Shown here in pieces: positions 24,713 through 37,928 of a stretch of DNA of 64,000 nt. The notes below the pieces were generated by a model. That model had not been told where the DNA came from. It was given only the letters and a program-made list of their open reading frames with translations, and ran no database searches. Origin of the DNA: Squalus acanthias (Eukaryota); the NCBI GenBank assembly GCA_030390025.1, contig CM059432.1:122700001-122764000 (forward strand), given 5' to 3'. Both the position numbers and the translations under genes were made by a program. The stretch's first letter is position 1, and each line of letters starts with the position of its first letter.

Positions 24713-24949
24713 GTATATGGGAGGTTCTCTAAAATGAAACAAGCGGCAGATTGTCCATAACTTCTCATTTGTGCCAGTGCTCCACCAAAAATGGACAATG
24801 GCCACTACGATAAGGAGAACACACCATGCTGCAATCTGCTTGCTTGATTTGATATCTTAGCTGCACCATTTAGTTCTGCTCTTGAATGTAGTTTACACCT
24901 CCATGTGTGTGCTACACCTAACTGCACAAATAATTGGATTTTTAAAAAA

Positions 24950-25450
24950 AAATTGTTTATGGGATGTGGGCGTAGCTGGCAAGGCCAGCATTTATTGCCC
25001 ACCCCTAATTGCCCTTGAGAAGGTGGTGGTGAGCCGCCTTCTTGAACCGCTGCAGTCTGTGTGGTGAAGGTCGATGCCGGATGGTCCGTCCGGTTTCATA
25101 TTATTGTGTTTCGTAGCGATTTGTTACAACTGAGTGGCTTGCTTGGCCATTTCAGAGGGCAGTTAAGAGTCAACCACATTGCTGTGGGTCACATATAGGC
25201 CAGACCAGGTAAGGACAGCAGATTTCCTTCCCTAAAGGACATTAGTGAACCAGATGGGTTTTTATGACAATCTGATAGTTTCATGGTCACCATTACTGAT
25301 AGTAGCTTTTTATTCCAGATTTTATTTAATTAACTGAATTTAAATTCCCCAGCTGTCATGGTGGGATTTTGAACTCACATCTCTGGATCATTAGTCCAGG
25401 CCTACTAGTTTACTAGCCCAGCGACATTACCACTATGCTACCGTTCCCGA
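24950..25450 (-). mobile_element. tRNA-headed SINE sharing its tail with the LINE at 16203-16590
   Basis: Minus-strand head TAGCATAGTGG..GAGTTCAAAATCCC. The tail at 24955-25070 is nearly identical to 16210-16330. Confidence 0.7.
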
Positions 25451-26231
25451 AAATGCTTTACTGTTGCTCTTGACGCACTTACAAAATAAAACGTTACTGC
25501 TGTTTGTCAGAAAATGAGAACAGGCATCCCTGCCACCATTTACACCGAATATTGAATTTTGTACATAGTGTTAGGTGAGCAGCACAATCATTGGCAGGAA
25601 AAAAAATCACCCCCATTGATTTCAGTGCCAGCAGACAGCATTCGCACCCACTTACACCATGGATTTACAACCCCTGCATTGCCATGCTTGTCAGCAGACC
25701 AGCTTCGTAGGCAGTGGTTAAAAATAGGAATACTTTTATTGTGTGCTGCCTGTAGTCCTGATACAATCTGAGGGTCCAGTGACCAGGAAGAAACGACAGA
25801 TTCAAGGTTGGGCAGTGAGACATTGTGGCTTGGGAAGGCAAACAGATGGGGGGGGCCTTGATTAGCAGCACCGTTTAATAGTAAAATTCCAAAGCAGTTT
25901 TATTGTGTATTTTTTTTCCCAAGCAAATAAAGAACATGAGAAATCTTTGCACAAGTACGAGGATAAGGTCATTTTAAGATTTTTCCTAGCATATTCCTTT
26001 GAGTTAAAAGTGTCTCTTATCTACGAAGTCCTTTCCTGTAGAAATAAGTTTGTTTTTATCGGAATCCAAAAGCTATCACGGCATCTTTGCTTTCCAGATA
26101 TTAGTGGGAAAGGCCTGGGGGTGGATCATCGTTCATTGATAGCATTGTGGTTTCAGAAAGGGATATTTGTTCACCAGACAGCTTTCTGTAATGCATGGGT
26201 GAACGGACAGGAGCTGTGAGAGATTAAATAG

Positions 26232-26285
26232 AGAAGACTTCTCACTTTTGTCCACCCCAGTCCAACACCGGCATCTCCGCATCAC
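26232..26285. mobile_element. 54-bp Penelope-derived fragment
   Basis: Reverse complement of about 44131-44177, flanked by the 13-bp direct repeat AGAGATTAAATAG. Confidence 0.75.
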
Positions 26286-27286
26286 AGAGATTAAATAGTC
26301 AGCGGGTTCTATTTTTCCCATTTAAAGAGAGTAGTTCTGTTAAAAATGTTCCGAGTGGGTGTGATGTAATCTGACCAATCCCCGATATTATTCTCTGTGC
26401 CCGAGTCATCTGTGGCCAGCAGTAGAAATGACTCCATTGTGAATGTTGTAAAGGGACGTATCGGAGGGGTGCTTGGGAAAGGGTGCTATCTCGGGATAGG
26501 TGTATACAATTTGGCCCCTCAGGAAGAAGGTAGGACAGAGGAAGTGTTGCAATTAATATCCCAGTGACTGGAAAATTATTAAAAACAGATCTGATCATTA
26601 TCACATAGCTTGTTGCGTGCAAATTGGCTGCCGCATTGCCTACATTACAACAGGGACTACACTTCAAAGTAACTATACTGATCTGATCTGATTTGTAAGA
26701 CTGCATAACAGTGATTTGATTTTGTTTCGACATAAAACAAAATCTTCTATACATAAAAAAAAATTCTGAGAAGATTGATAATACTACCTGCCCATTATAC
26801 ATGTCCTTGGATCTATATACAAACTCTCCCAATGTAAGGTATTTGTACCACATTGAAATTCCCCTCTGGTTTCTGGCAATACACCAATTGATATCAAGAA
26901 TCATCAGCTACAGTTGAGAAGAAACAGGTAATAATTTTTGACATATATAAACATAAAATAGTATTTTACACTTCCATCCCTTTTTGTTGCAGCATTTTCC
27001 AATACCTAAAAGCTAATGTGATCCATGCACCTACCCTGAATTTGTTTTTGTTCCTGTGTTTAAATGGAGATGTTTTTCCCAGATTGCATGATGTTCATAT
27101 CAGACTCTATTTTTCTTTATCCTTGATTGGTGTGAAGGAATGCATGGGGATATCCCCCAGCTTTCTCCAGAAAGAGTAACTGGAGGGCTCCTTCTGAGGC
27201 ACTCTACAGCACCGTCCATATCTTGTATCTGAGATTCGGAGTGAGGGAGAGACGTTTTCTGCCTGTGTGAGTTACCAGAGTTAGAG

Positions 27287-27680
27287 ACAAAGAAAGACTT
27301 GCATTTACACAGCGCCTTTCACAACCTCAGGGCATCCCAAAGCACTTTACAGCCAATGAGGTGCTTTGAAGTGTAGTCGCTGTTGTAATGTAGGAAATGC
27401 AGCAGCCAAATTGCGCACAGCAAGCTATGTGATAATGACCAGATCTGTTTTTAATGATTTTGATTGAGGCATAAATATTGGCCAGGACATCGGGGATAAC
27501 TCCCCTGCTCTTCTTCGAAATAGTGCCATGGGATCTTTTACGTCCACCTGAGAGAGCAGACGGGGCCTTGGTTTAACGTCTCATCCGAAAGATGGCACCT
27601 CCGACAGCGTAGCACTCCCTCGGTACTGCACTGGAGTGTCAGCCTAGATTTTTGTGCTCAAGTCTCTGGAGTCGTTACTT
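27287..27680 (-). mobile_element. SacSINE1/Deu-type SINE
   Basis: Reverse-complement match to 13940-14325. Confidence 0.8.
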
Positions 27681-27795
27681 GAAGCAGCTTAAAACAATTT
27701 TCATTAAACTTTACTCCTCTGGTCAAGACAGTGACTAGCTGACTGACACATACCAGGAATGTTCCAACAGGTCCTAGATGTGTACGTAAATGTGT

Positions 27796-28180
27796 AACAA
27801 CAACAACAACTTGTATTTATATAGCACCTTTAACATAGTAAAACATCCCAAGGCACTTCACAGGAGCAATATCAAACAAAATTTGACACTGAGCCACATA
27901 AGGAGATATTAGGGCAGATGACCAAAAGCTTGGTCAAAGAGGTAGGTTTTAAGAAGCGTCTTAAAGGAGGAAAGAGAGATTGCAAGGCAGAGAAGTTTAG
28001 GGATGGAATTCCAGAGCTTCGGCCCTTGGCAGCTGAAAGCACAACCGCCAATAGTGGAGCGATTAAAATCGGAGATGCGCAAGAGGCCATAATTGGAGGA
28101 GCACAGATATCTCGGAGGGTTGTAGAGCTGGAGGAGATGACAGAAATAGGGAGGGGCGAGGCCATGGAGGTAGTGTAATG
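27796..28180 (-). mobile_element. L2 LINE 3' end
   Basis: LHGLAPPY..GGCAFSCQGPKLWNSIP..FKTLLKTYLFDQAF followed by a (TTG)n tail. Confidence 0.85.
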
Positions 28181-31100
28181 GGCAGGTAGTATTAACAATC
28201 ACCATAGAATTTTTTTTAATATATGTTAGGTCTGTGCTGTTACATGTTCTCAACAGTGACAGTGATAGGGGAACTACAGTCGGCCTCATCAATCTTAGAT
28301 TAAGAAAAAGAATATCAGCTAGGTGCCTGATTGCTATTTAATGATCTCGGCTAGAAAAAAAACTGCATTGGGCTCATCTGTGATACTCACATAGTCTGCC
28401 GGAACTCCCTATTTGGGCTCGCACATGAAGAGCGAGCCCTTCGGCAAAGTACTGGAAGGTGAACAGCAACTGTGGAACTGTACCCCACTGAGGAGCAGAG
28501 TGGAGGAAATTAGAGGGAGAAAAAAGTGGTTCCTGCACAGTTAGTTCTTGGTTATGCAGTGCGCACAGCGAGCAGGTTGAAAGACCACCTGAAGGGTATG
28601 CCCTTGGGCTTCAGAAAAATGTGCCATTCATAAGTCCAGGATGTACAGTATTGCTAGGCAAATGACTGTAGCTGTTCATGTTTTGATTCTATGTGCATGC
28701 CTGGGTGACTTTGGTGTACTGGTACGTGATGCCTGCTGGTTTGTTGGATGCCTTCCTTGACCAAAGGACAACGCATGATATTAATTGAACGTGACATTAC
28801 TGGTAAACATTACAATATCATTATTTTTGATTACAAAGTTTCAATTGGTTTGACCGTCTCTTCCAGAACTGTTAGTGGTGACCTCCCTATAAATGGTGCT
28901 TAATACAAGTTTAGGATCTGTCTCAGATGTTCTCTTGGGTACAGCAGTGCTGGTCACTCCTGCAAGCAGTCCAAGAACCTTATATTTAAGAGTGTGTATA
29001 CGTACAAAAAAAATGGAGCAGGGTATAAAGTGGGCTGCCAATTCATTCTTGCCCATTTTGCGTTGAATACCAAATTCACCCCCCATGTCTTTTGCACATG
29101 TTCTCACATGCCCTTCTTCAATCTTTCTAGAGGTGGACTGAGAAACATTTCGTGAGACGAGGCCAGATACAGGATATTAAGAGTAAGTGAATATACAGAG
29201 TAACAGTTGCAAACAAACTTAATTTCCTTCACTCAGTTTTACCATCTCTCCCCAAAAAATAATAAACCACATCCCTTTCGTGGGCTGACTGACTTGTCTT
29301 TGGCATTACCTTTCTTTCTAGACAGTTTCCAAGTGCAGAAACTAGCCTCCTGCATCTTAGATTCCTGCTCCAGGGCAAGGCCCAGACCTGCACCTCGCAG
29401 TCTCCTGTTTATAAACTGACTGCCCATGTCTCTTTGCTCCTTTTCTCTCAGTGGTTCCCACCAAGTGGTAGTGCTGTCTCTCTGACTCCTCCCCCATTCA
29501 ATGATTCCCCAGTAGACCAGTCAACAAATTTGACTACCTCCCCAGCTCAAAACTGAATTTTCAGCTCAAACGAATAGATCATCCATTCAATTAAAAAGTT
29601 GTGAATGCTCATTGGAAACCCTAAACTAACTTACATTCTCTATAGCATTCTAGTTCAGATGCATCATCTGAATCCGAATCTACAATACCCAGCTCAGAAC
29701 CCTGAGACATAACTCAGTCTCAAATTATTTCTGAGAAGAAAAAAGATTAAAAGTCCTTAACCGTGACAGTGCTTGACAGGCCTGTGGAAAATAGTACACC
29801 TCCTATCTTGTTTCGAAGCATTTTGCCAGGAAGACATTTTCTGATTTCCTCCCCTCACCCCCTTCCCTGCATCCCCACCCCCCACATGTAATCATGTCCT
29901 TTTTTGTGTTTCCCATGACTTTGCTCAAAAGAATGGTTTTAATATTTTTATACTCCTTTTTGAGGAGGCAGCTGCTGCTAAAGCTTCTCTCCTGGGACAA
30001 AGCCAAAGGGAATAAACTTACTGTTGCTGCATTTTGGGATTTTTCATCTTTTACCGTTCAAGTTAAGTGTTTTGAAAAATAAACAAAATTAACTCGCACA
30101 TTTTTAAAAAGCCATAGGACATAACACTGAGATAGAGGGTATTGAAGGGCCAGGGATGTTAATTATCTCATCTCAGATGGCCAACAGACATTCACACACA
30201 TTGTGGTGAGGATAATCCTATTCATATGAGCACAGCATGAGACATTTGCTGGGAATATAGTCCTGGGAAGGGGGTAATTAGTTTGGTTGACAGGCCTGCT
30301 CGGAAATTCCTGCATGGGGAAGATTATCAGAGGCACTGCCACTCTGCTTCCTGGAATTAACAAAAAAGATTTACAAGGATGATCCCAGACTGAGATGTTA
30401 TACCTATCAGGAAAGATTGAACAGGCTGCGACTCATTTCTGAAGGCTGAGGGATGACCTGACAGAGATCTTTAAGATTATGAAAGGGTTTGATAGGGTAG
30501 ACGTAGAGAAGATGTTTACACTTGTGGGGGGAGACCAGAACTAGGAGCCATAAATATACCTGGATTATTATCTGAGCCATGTGCAAATTAGCAAAGAGAC
30601 AAACAGATTAGGAAAGTTAACACGTGGCTAAAGGATTGGTGTAGAAAAGAGGGGTTTGATTTCATGGGACACTGGCATCAGTACTGGGACAGGAAGGAGC
30701 TGTACCACTGGGACGGGCCGCACCTGAACCAGGCTGGGACCAAGGTCCTAACTAAAAGGATAAATAGGTGCTGTAGAAAGGACTTTAAACCAATAAAGTG
30801 GGTTGGGGGTTGGGGTGGGGCAGGGGGGGGGGAGTCGTGGGGGGTTGGTGAGGACTCAGACAGAAATAAAACTAGCCTAAATATTTTTTTTAAAGGGATG
30901 AGAGCGAAGTTCAGGTCATCAATAGTGTTCAAGGTAATTTAAATACTTCAGGTTCAGAAGAAAAACATAGGAAATAACAACAAAATTACTGATCAAAGTA
31001 CAACAGAAGTGATAAATACAAGGAGTGTGATAAGTTACAATGTATGTTAAAAACAACATCAGGCCATAAAGGCAGGACAAGGTCTATTCCCTAATTAAAA

Positions 31101-31553
31101 GTTCTATACACTAATGCACATAGCATGGGAACTAAAACGAGTGAATTAGACGCGCAAATTCAGCTTAAAGGGTGTGACGTGATGGCCATCACTGAGACCT
31201 GGCTACAAGCTGGGCGTGACTGGGAGATAAATATTCCAGATTATAAGGTCTTTGAAAAGGACAGAGAATTGGAAAAGCAGGAGGAGTAGCAATATTAGCA
31301 AGGGTCACTACTAATAGCATTAGAAAGAGGGGCTATCAGTGAGTGTGAGCAGGCAGTAGAAATGCTATGAGTGGAATGGAGGAATAGAAAAGGATGCAAG
31401 ACTTTACTGGGAGTTGTTTATTGACCTCCAGATGGCTGTGATAAAGTAGTGGGATACATAAATGTGGAGATCAGAGAAACTTGTTGCAAAAACAGGGGAG
31501 TTATAATGGCAGACTTTAATTTTCACGTAGACTGGGAGAAGCAGAACAGCTCA

Positions 31554-32030
31554 GGGGTGAAATTATGCTCGGTAGTGCCCGTTTCCTTCTCATCATGTGT
31601 CTGGAGGGCCTCCTGTCCCTTTGAGGATACAGAACGTCTCTCCTCCTTTCCACCTCCTCCACCAAGACCTGCATTGCAGTGTCCGAAAACCTGGGGGCCA
31701 CTCTCTCCCATGGTCAGCCATTCCTCACTCTTTCCCAGGTCAGATTCACTTGTTGAACAACTCCCAGCACCTGCTGCAGCCACAATGCACCTCCCCTATA
31801 AGAAGTGCAGGCTAGCTTTAAGTAGTGCAAGTTAGTAATGATATTGAGGCCCCTGCTGATGGGTGCAGCCAATGAACTGTGCAGGGAGCACTGGCTGCAT
31901 GCAGAAATCATTATAATGAGCAGACAAGCACGAAATTGCCGTGCTGTCTGCATTTCACTCAACAGGCGTGGGTTAATCACGCATTGCAATCCTCGCGCCC
32001 GTTTTCGGGGGCTAACCAATTTAACACCCC
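31554..32030 (-). mobile_element. Short Harbinger deletion derivative retaining the start of Myb exon 1
   Basis: Ends GGGGTGAAATT / AATTTAACACCCC, TSD TCA/TCG, and the peptide APRFSDTAMQVLVEEVERRRDVLYP. The CR1 resumes on both sides. Confidence 0.82.
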
Positions 32031-32841
32031 TCGTGTCCCAAAGGCAGCAGATTTCGAGTGTATTCGGGACAGTTTTCTGGAACAATATAATCTTGAACCA
32101 ACAAGAAAACAGGCCATCTTAGATTTAGTGATGAGTTATGAGCCAGAATTAGACAACAATCTAATAGTAAGGGAACACCTGGCTAATAGCGACAATATTA
32201 TAATAGAATTCGATATGAGGTTTGAGAGGGATGAGTCACGAACCAAGGTTTTAAATTTAGGTAAGGCTGACTTTGGAGGGATGAGGCAAGAATAGACTAG
32301 AATAGACTTGGCAGAACTATTAACGGATAAAACTACGGATGAACAATAGGTGTTCAAAAAAATATTTTAGAGAATACCATACCTGTACATACCCCTAAAG
32401 GGCAAGAGCTCTTCATATGTAATTAAACAACCTTGGTCAACGAGGGAAGTGAGAGATAGTATAAAACTAAAAGAAATGGCTTAGACAAAGGCAAAGAACA
32501 GTAGAGATCCCGCGGACTGGGAGAGATAAAAAGAACAGCAAAGGGATACAAAGAAAGTGGTAAGAACTGCAAAAAGAAATACAAGAAAAAGCTTGCGAGG
32601 GATGTCAAGGACAATGCTAAAGGTTTTTACAAATATATTAAGAGAAAGAGGCTGGCTAAGAGTAATGTGGGCCCGTTAATGACAGATGCAGATGATACAA
32701 TTGGAAACCAGGAAATGGCAGACTTGCTAAACAGCTACTTTGTATAGAGGATGAGGATAAAGTACCAGAGATACAAGGAGAATTAAAAATAAATCAAGGG
32801 AAGGAACTAACTAGATTCAATACAAGTAAAAAAAAAAGGTA

Positions 32842-33434
32842 CCTCAAAGCACTGGAGAGGTATCACCAACGCTGCCTCCGCAAGATCCTGCAAATTCATT
32901 GGCAGGATGGGCGCACCAACGTCAGTGTTCTCGCTCAGGCCAAGATCCCCAGCATCGAAGCTTTGACCACGCTCGATCAGCTCCGATGGATGGGTCACAT
33001 CGTCTGCATGCCCGATACGAGACTCCCAAAACAAGCGCTCTACTCGGAGCTCCAGCACAGCAAGAGAGCCCCAGGTGGGCAGAGGAAACGCTTCAAGGAC
33101 ACCCTCAAAGCCTCCTTGAAAAAGTGCAACATCCCCACTGACGCCTGGGAATCCCTGGCCCAAGACCGCACAAAGTGGAGGAGAAGCATCCGAGAAGGCG
33201 CCGAACACCTCGAGTCTCTTCACCGGGAGCAAGCGGAAGCCAAGTCCAGACAGCGGAAGGAGTGCACGTCAACCCAAGCACCCCACCCACCTGCCCCTTC
33301 AATCACCGTCTGCTCCACCTGTGACAGGGACTGTAGGTCCCGCATTGGACTCATCAGTCACCTGAGAACTCATTTTTAATGTGGAAGCAAGTCATCCTCG
33401 GTTCCGAGGGACTGCCTAAGAAGGAGAAGAACCT
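32842..33434 (+). mobile_element. RTE-clade LINE 3' fragment with about 75-bp flanking duplication
   Basis: QLRWMGHIVCMPDTRLPKQALYSEL..CSTCDRDCRSRIGLISHLRTH with an AAG-type tail. Homologous to 54533-55100. Confidence 0.9.
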
Positions 33435-34334
33435 AGAGATACAAGGAGAACTAAAAATAAATCAAGGGGAGGAACTAACTAGATTCAATACAAGTAAAAA
33501 AAAAGGTAATGGAGAAACTAATGCGATTAGCGATAGACAAATCTCCAGGGCCCGATGGCTTCCACCAGGGCATTAAAAGAAGCAGGTGAGGAAATTATTG
33601 ATGCTCTAGTCATGGTCTTCCAAAACTCGATTCAGGAATTGTCCCCTTGGATTGGAAAACTGCCAATGTCACTCCATTATTTAAGAAGGATAGGGGAGAT
33701 AAACTAGGAAATTATAGGCCTATTAGTCTTAACCTCTGTTGTGGGGCAGTTACTAGAATCTGTTATTAGGGACAGTGTGACTGAGCATTTGGACAAATAT
33801 GAGCTGATCAGAGAGAGCCAGCATGGGTTTTTAACATTTAAGTCATACCTAATGAACTAAGTTGATTTTTTTGAGACGGTAGGTAACGTGGTAGTTAAGG
33901 GAGTGTCTATGACTGCTATTTATAGAAGGCATTCGACAAGGTTCCACATAAGAAACGGTTAACAAAAATGATAGCGCATGGAATTGGAGGCAACTTATTG
34001 GCTTGGATAGAGAATTGATTAGGAGGTAGGAGACAGAGAGTAGGGATAATGGGTTTGTACTCTAATTGGCAGGATGTGACTAGTGGTGTCCCCCAGGAAT
34101 CTGTACTGGGGCCTCAGCTTTTCACTGTATTTATCAATGACTTGTATGAAGGAATAGAGAGCTGTGTATCCAAGTTTGTTGACGACACCAAGTTCGGTGG
34201 CACAGTAAATAGTGTAGACAGGAGCAGAAAGTTACTAAGGGACACTGATAGATTGAGTGAGTGGGTAAAACTGTGGCAGATAGAGTTCAATGTGACAAAG
34301 TGTGAGGTCATCCACTTTGGACCTAAGAAACATA

Positions 34335-35047
34335 AGGGGAAAAATTGGGTTGCTTTGTGCTTCCCGTTAGCGCCCCCAGTGGGCACTAACGGGGAGCAAA
34401 GCCCCTAGCGCCTGGGTGCGGCGCCACAAACACCTCCCGCGTAATTCAGTGGGAGATTAGTGATGGTGGTAGCCGGTAGCGCCCTGTGGCACTGCGCCTC
34501 CAACAATAACATCATCGCCATGCGCAGCGCCCCGGCCGCAAACTTCGGTCGCGCCCCCTGACCTACCGCCAGACGATATGTCCGACAGGGTCAGGGTGGC
34601 GTTTTTGCGGCTGCGGCGGCGCAAATTAAAGGGCAGGTGCCGGACGGCCATTTTTTTTGGGCCGCCTCCCAGCACCTGCCCCCTTCCGCTTCTTCATGCG
34701 GGTTGCCGGACGCGATCGGGCAGCCCAACACTCCTCTTGAGTGCTGGGCTGTTTTCCTGGCACCCCGCTCCCCGGTGGTCCAGCAGGGCCCCGGTGCATG
34801 CTGCGCTAGGCCCCTCCCCTTTAATCAGGGGAGGGAGGCCTGTAATACCGTGGCGTTATGTGCTGGCGCGCATGGTGCTGTTGCGCGTAGCGTCCTGATA
34901 TTGAATGGTAGCGCCCCAGGAAGGAGGGGGACCGCTTCCAGTAGCACCCTGCCTCCTGCTTGGGGCGCTACCACTCAATTTACGGCGCAGGGGCGCTAAC
35001 TTTTTCGGGACGCTGCCCCAAAGGGGGCGCGACCAAATTTTTCCCCC
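34335..35047. mobile_element. Harbinger MITE, family-B termini with a different GC-rich core
   Basis: Ends (A)GGGGAAAAATTGGGTTGC / GCGCGACCAAATTTTTCCCCC with flanks ATA/ATT. It interrupts the CR1 right after VIHFGPKK. Confidence 0.85.
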
Positions 35048-35757
35048 ATTCATTATTTTCTAAATGATGAGAAGTTAGGAACCGTAGAGGAGCAGAGAGA
35101 TTTAGGGGTCTGAGTACAGAAATCACTAAAAGCTAGTGGACAGGTACAAAAAATAATTTAAAAGGCGCATGGAACGTTGGCCTTTATATCAAGAGGGCTC
35201 GAATACAAAGGGGTGGAAATTGCGTTACAGTTGTATAAAGCTCTGGTTAGACCCCATTTAGAGAACTGCATTCAGTTCTGGGCACTGCACCTCAGGAAGG
35301 ATATATTGGCTTTGGATCATTATATTTATTAATTATAAAAATATTGGAAATGGAAGAAAAGGCTGTTTGAGCGAGTTGGGCTGGGGGTGTTGGAGACTAG
35401 GGGGTAGAAATTAGGTCGCGCCCCATTTGGGGCGCAAATATCGTCCGGACGCAAATATTAGCGCCTGGCACTAATTATCGGCACTGACAGGAAACTTCAC
35501 TTTTACCGCCCCGGGAGGTGAGTGGAGCGCTAAATTAGGCGCTGCACACCTCTCTTAAGGCGCAAAGGCCAAGGAGTGAGGCGCTAACTCAGCGCACGAG
35601 CGCAGCGCAGCTGCTGCCAGTTAGCGAGGGAACACAGACACAATGGCGCCGGACACTTCTTAAAGCAGGGGGGGCCACTTGCTCCCCAGCCACACCCTGC
35701 TCATTGCAGCCTTGAATCTCAGCCTGGAGAGACCTGTAATCCATTTTGCTGCCAAGC

Positions 35758-37634
35758 ATGGAGAGGGTGAGAGAACGCGCTCATCGCTTCACCGAGCGGG
35801 CCTTGGATGCTCTGGTTGACGCAGTGGAGCGCAGACGATGCATGCTGTTCCCGGAGAGTGGCAGGAGGCCTTTGCCACGCGAGTTCAGAAGAGTGTGGAG
35901 GGAGGTGGCTCAGAGCGTCTCCTCCAGGAGCATGGTGCCCAGGACCCATGTTCAATGCCGCAAAAAGTTCAACGACCTCACTCGGGTCGTCAGGGTGAGT
36001 GGCTTTTTCTCAATACCTCTCCATCCCTCCATCTCAACCTCACTCTATGGCCAGAGGGTCTTAAAACCCCAATGCACAACACTCATCCAACACCTATGGC
36101 CCTTTCATCAAACACACACACACATTCCACACTTTGCATACAGTAAGGGCTATTCACCTATGGGAGGCACATCAGGCAAGACCATGGCTGCATACAGTAA
36201 GGGCTATTCACCTATGGGAGGCACATCAGGCAAGACCATGGCTGCATACAGTAAGGGCTATTCACCTATGGGAGGCACATCAGGCAAGACCATGGCTGTA
36301 TATTTACTCAGATGCTGTCCTTTTTCTTGCAGGCTAAGCTGGCTCATAATCGGAGACAGCAGCAACGGACGGGTGGAGGGCGGCTTCAGCTGCAACCCCT
36401 CAGCGATCTGGAGGAGCGCGTCCACAGGATTGTGGCAAGCCGGGTGATCGGTCCCGTCGCCACTGGAGACGCCGACCCCGTTGTGGACAGCAATGGTAAG
36501 GTCATCACCTTTTTGTCCTCTGTCCTTCCACTTGTCCCTCACAATACCAGCCTTTGACACTTTCAATCCAACTTGCTAACTCGCTGCACTTATTCCTCCC
36601 TTACTGCCACCCTGTCCTCACGCTAAAGCCACTCTTGTACCTCCCTGCTTTCAGATGGTGATTCACCAGCTGAGGAGACGGGCCCTGAAGCTGCCACTGG
36701 GAGTGATGCTGCAGCTGAGGAGGAAGAGGAAGCCGGAGCATCAGTGCCACCCTCTCCCGAGGAAGCCCATGGCCACACTGGGAACACGCCTTCCCCGGAG
36801 GGGAGCAGGGGGGAAGGGGCTGATGATGGTGAAGCTCCAGGACCCAGCGGGCTGCAGCAACGCCATGGGGGGGGTAGGGAAGAACGGGGGCCTTCTCCCC
36901 AGAGGGAGAGTATGCCAGACACTCCTACTGCAATGGACGCAGAGGAGGAGCGGCTGATTGCAGAAATGAACAGCCAGGCGGTGGGCATGCACACTGAGCT
37001 CATGGGTGCAGTGGGAAGGGTGCCCGAATGCATTGAATCACTGGCAAGGAGTGTGGAGCACTTCGCTGTAGCACAGGCGGATGCCACACTAAAGCTTAGT
37101 GCTGCAATTCAGTCACTGGCTGCCAGGAACCCATCTGAGACTGCACTCATGCAGACTCAGATTGAGGCCACGCGAGCACTGACTGCTGCCATCCTCGATG
37201 GTTCGTGCACATGTCCCCGGGGCTGTCACCGCGCCGCAGCAGGCCAGCAATCTGTTCTCCGGCAAATTGCTCCGGATGCTGAAGTGCTGCCCCGTGGGAG
37301 TGCCAGTGTGTCGGGCGAGCAGGGAGTTGCTGTCCTCTCTCACGATGACAGCATTCCTGCTGCCAACACTGTCACTTCTCCACTGCACTTGCCACCGCCT
37401 GTAGGACAGACTGCTGCCGCCCATGCAGAGTTGGTGCAGTCTGCAGCCGGGCCCTCCAGGCCCAGAAGTGGTCGAGGCCGTCCTTCAGGGGCATCTGCAG
37501 TGTCAGGGCCTGACGAGCAGCAGCCTTCCACCAGCCTTGCTGCAGCCACTGAGGTCCCATTACGGAGGAGCAGTAGGGTTAGAAGGGGGGAAGTGCGCAA
37601 GGGAAGGAGATCACCCTCGAAGGGCAAAAAGTAG
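35758..37634 (+). CDS. Harbinger Myb/SANT-like protein, 3 exons (35758-35994, 36333-36495, 36655-37634), about 459 aa
   Basis: RAHRFTE..W.EVA..RTHVQCRKKFNDL then GTGAGT; TTGCAG then AKLAHNRRQQQRTGGG..then GTAAG; TTTCAG then an in-frame join to ORF 36744-37634. Intron phases 0 and 1 match family A. Confidence 0.85.
36136..36297 (+). repeat. Perfect 3 x 54-bp tandem repeat in intron 1 of the Myb-like gene
   Basis: GCATACAGTAAGGGCTATTCACCTATGGGAGGCACATCAGGCAAGACCATGGCT occurs three times identically. Confidence 0.95.
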
Positions 37635-37928
37635 GAGGTGTGACAAAATGCTGGTCATTTTTTTATTAAAGGCCGAGGTTCATGGTCCAACTTTTGTTTA
37701 GTGTTTTGGACATTATCTCCAGGTTGTGAGAACCAGTTATGTTATTGACTGTTTTTTTGTGTTTATTTCTATGAGTTTGTCATGAGGAATTGACACACAC
37801 AGAGTTTGTAAAATAAATAAGTTTCTGTATTCAAAATATACATGGCTGGTGGTTGGAATTATTGGTGCCTTGGCCGGCTTAGGGGTTGCGTGCTGGGTTG
37901 ATTAGTGTTTGTAGCAATGGCAGGGGCC

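Larger units (their letters stand above)
30370..35315 (+). mobile_element. Degraded CR1 LINE (ORF1 esterase end, APE, RT) with three nested insertions, preceded by a short CR1 3' fragment
   Basis: ORF1 remnant FMGHWHQYWDRKELYHWDGPHLNQAG (30664), APE remnants ITETWL, IMADFN and AILDLVMS, and RT motifs SGVPQESVLGP and KFVDDTK (34049). It carries many stops. Confidence 0.88.

Noticed and set aside
26299..26904. 201-aa minus-strand ORF
   Set aside because: No recognisable domain, and it runs through an antisense SINE fragment at about 26580-26680.
36136..36297. CRISPR-like array
   Set aside because: The repeats are contiguous with no spacers, lie in a eukaryotic transposon intron and have no cas genes nearby.
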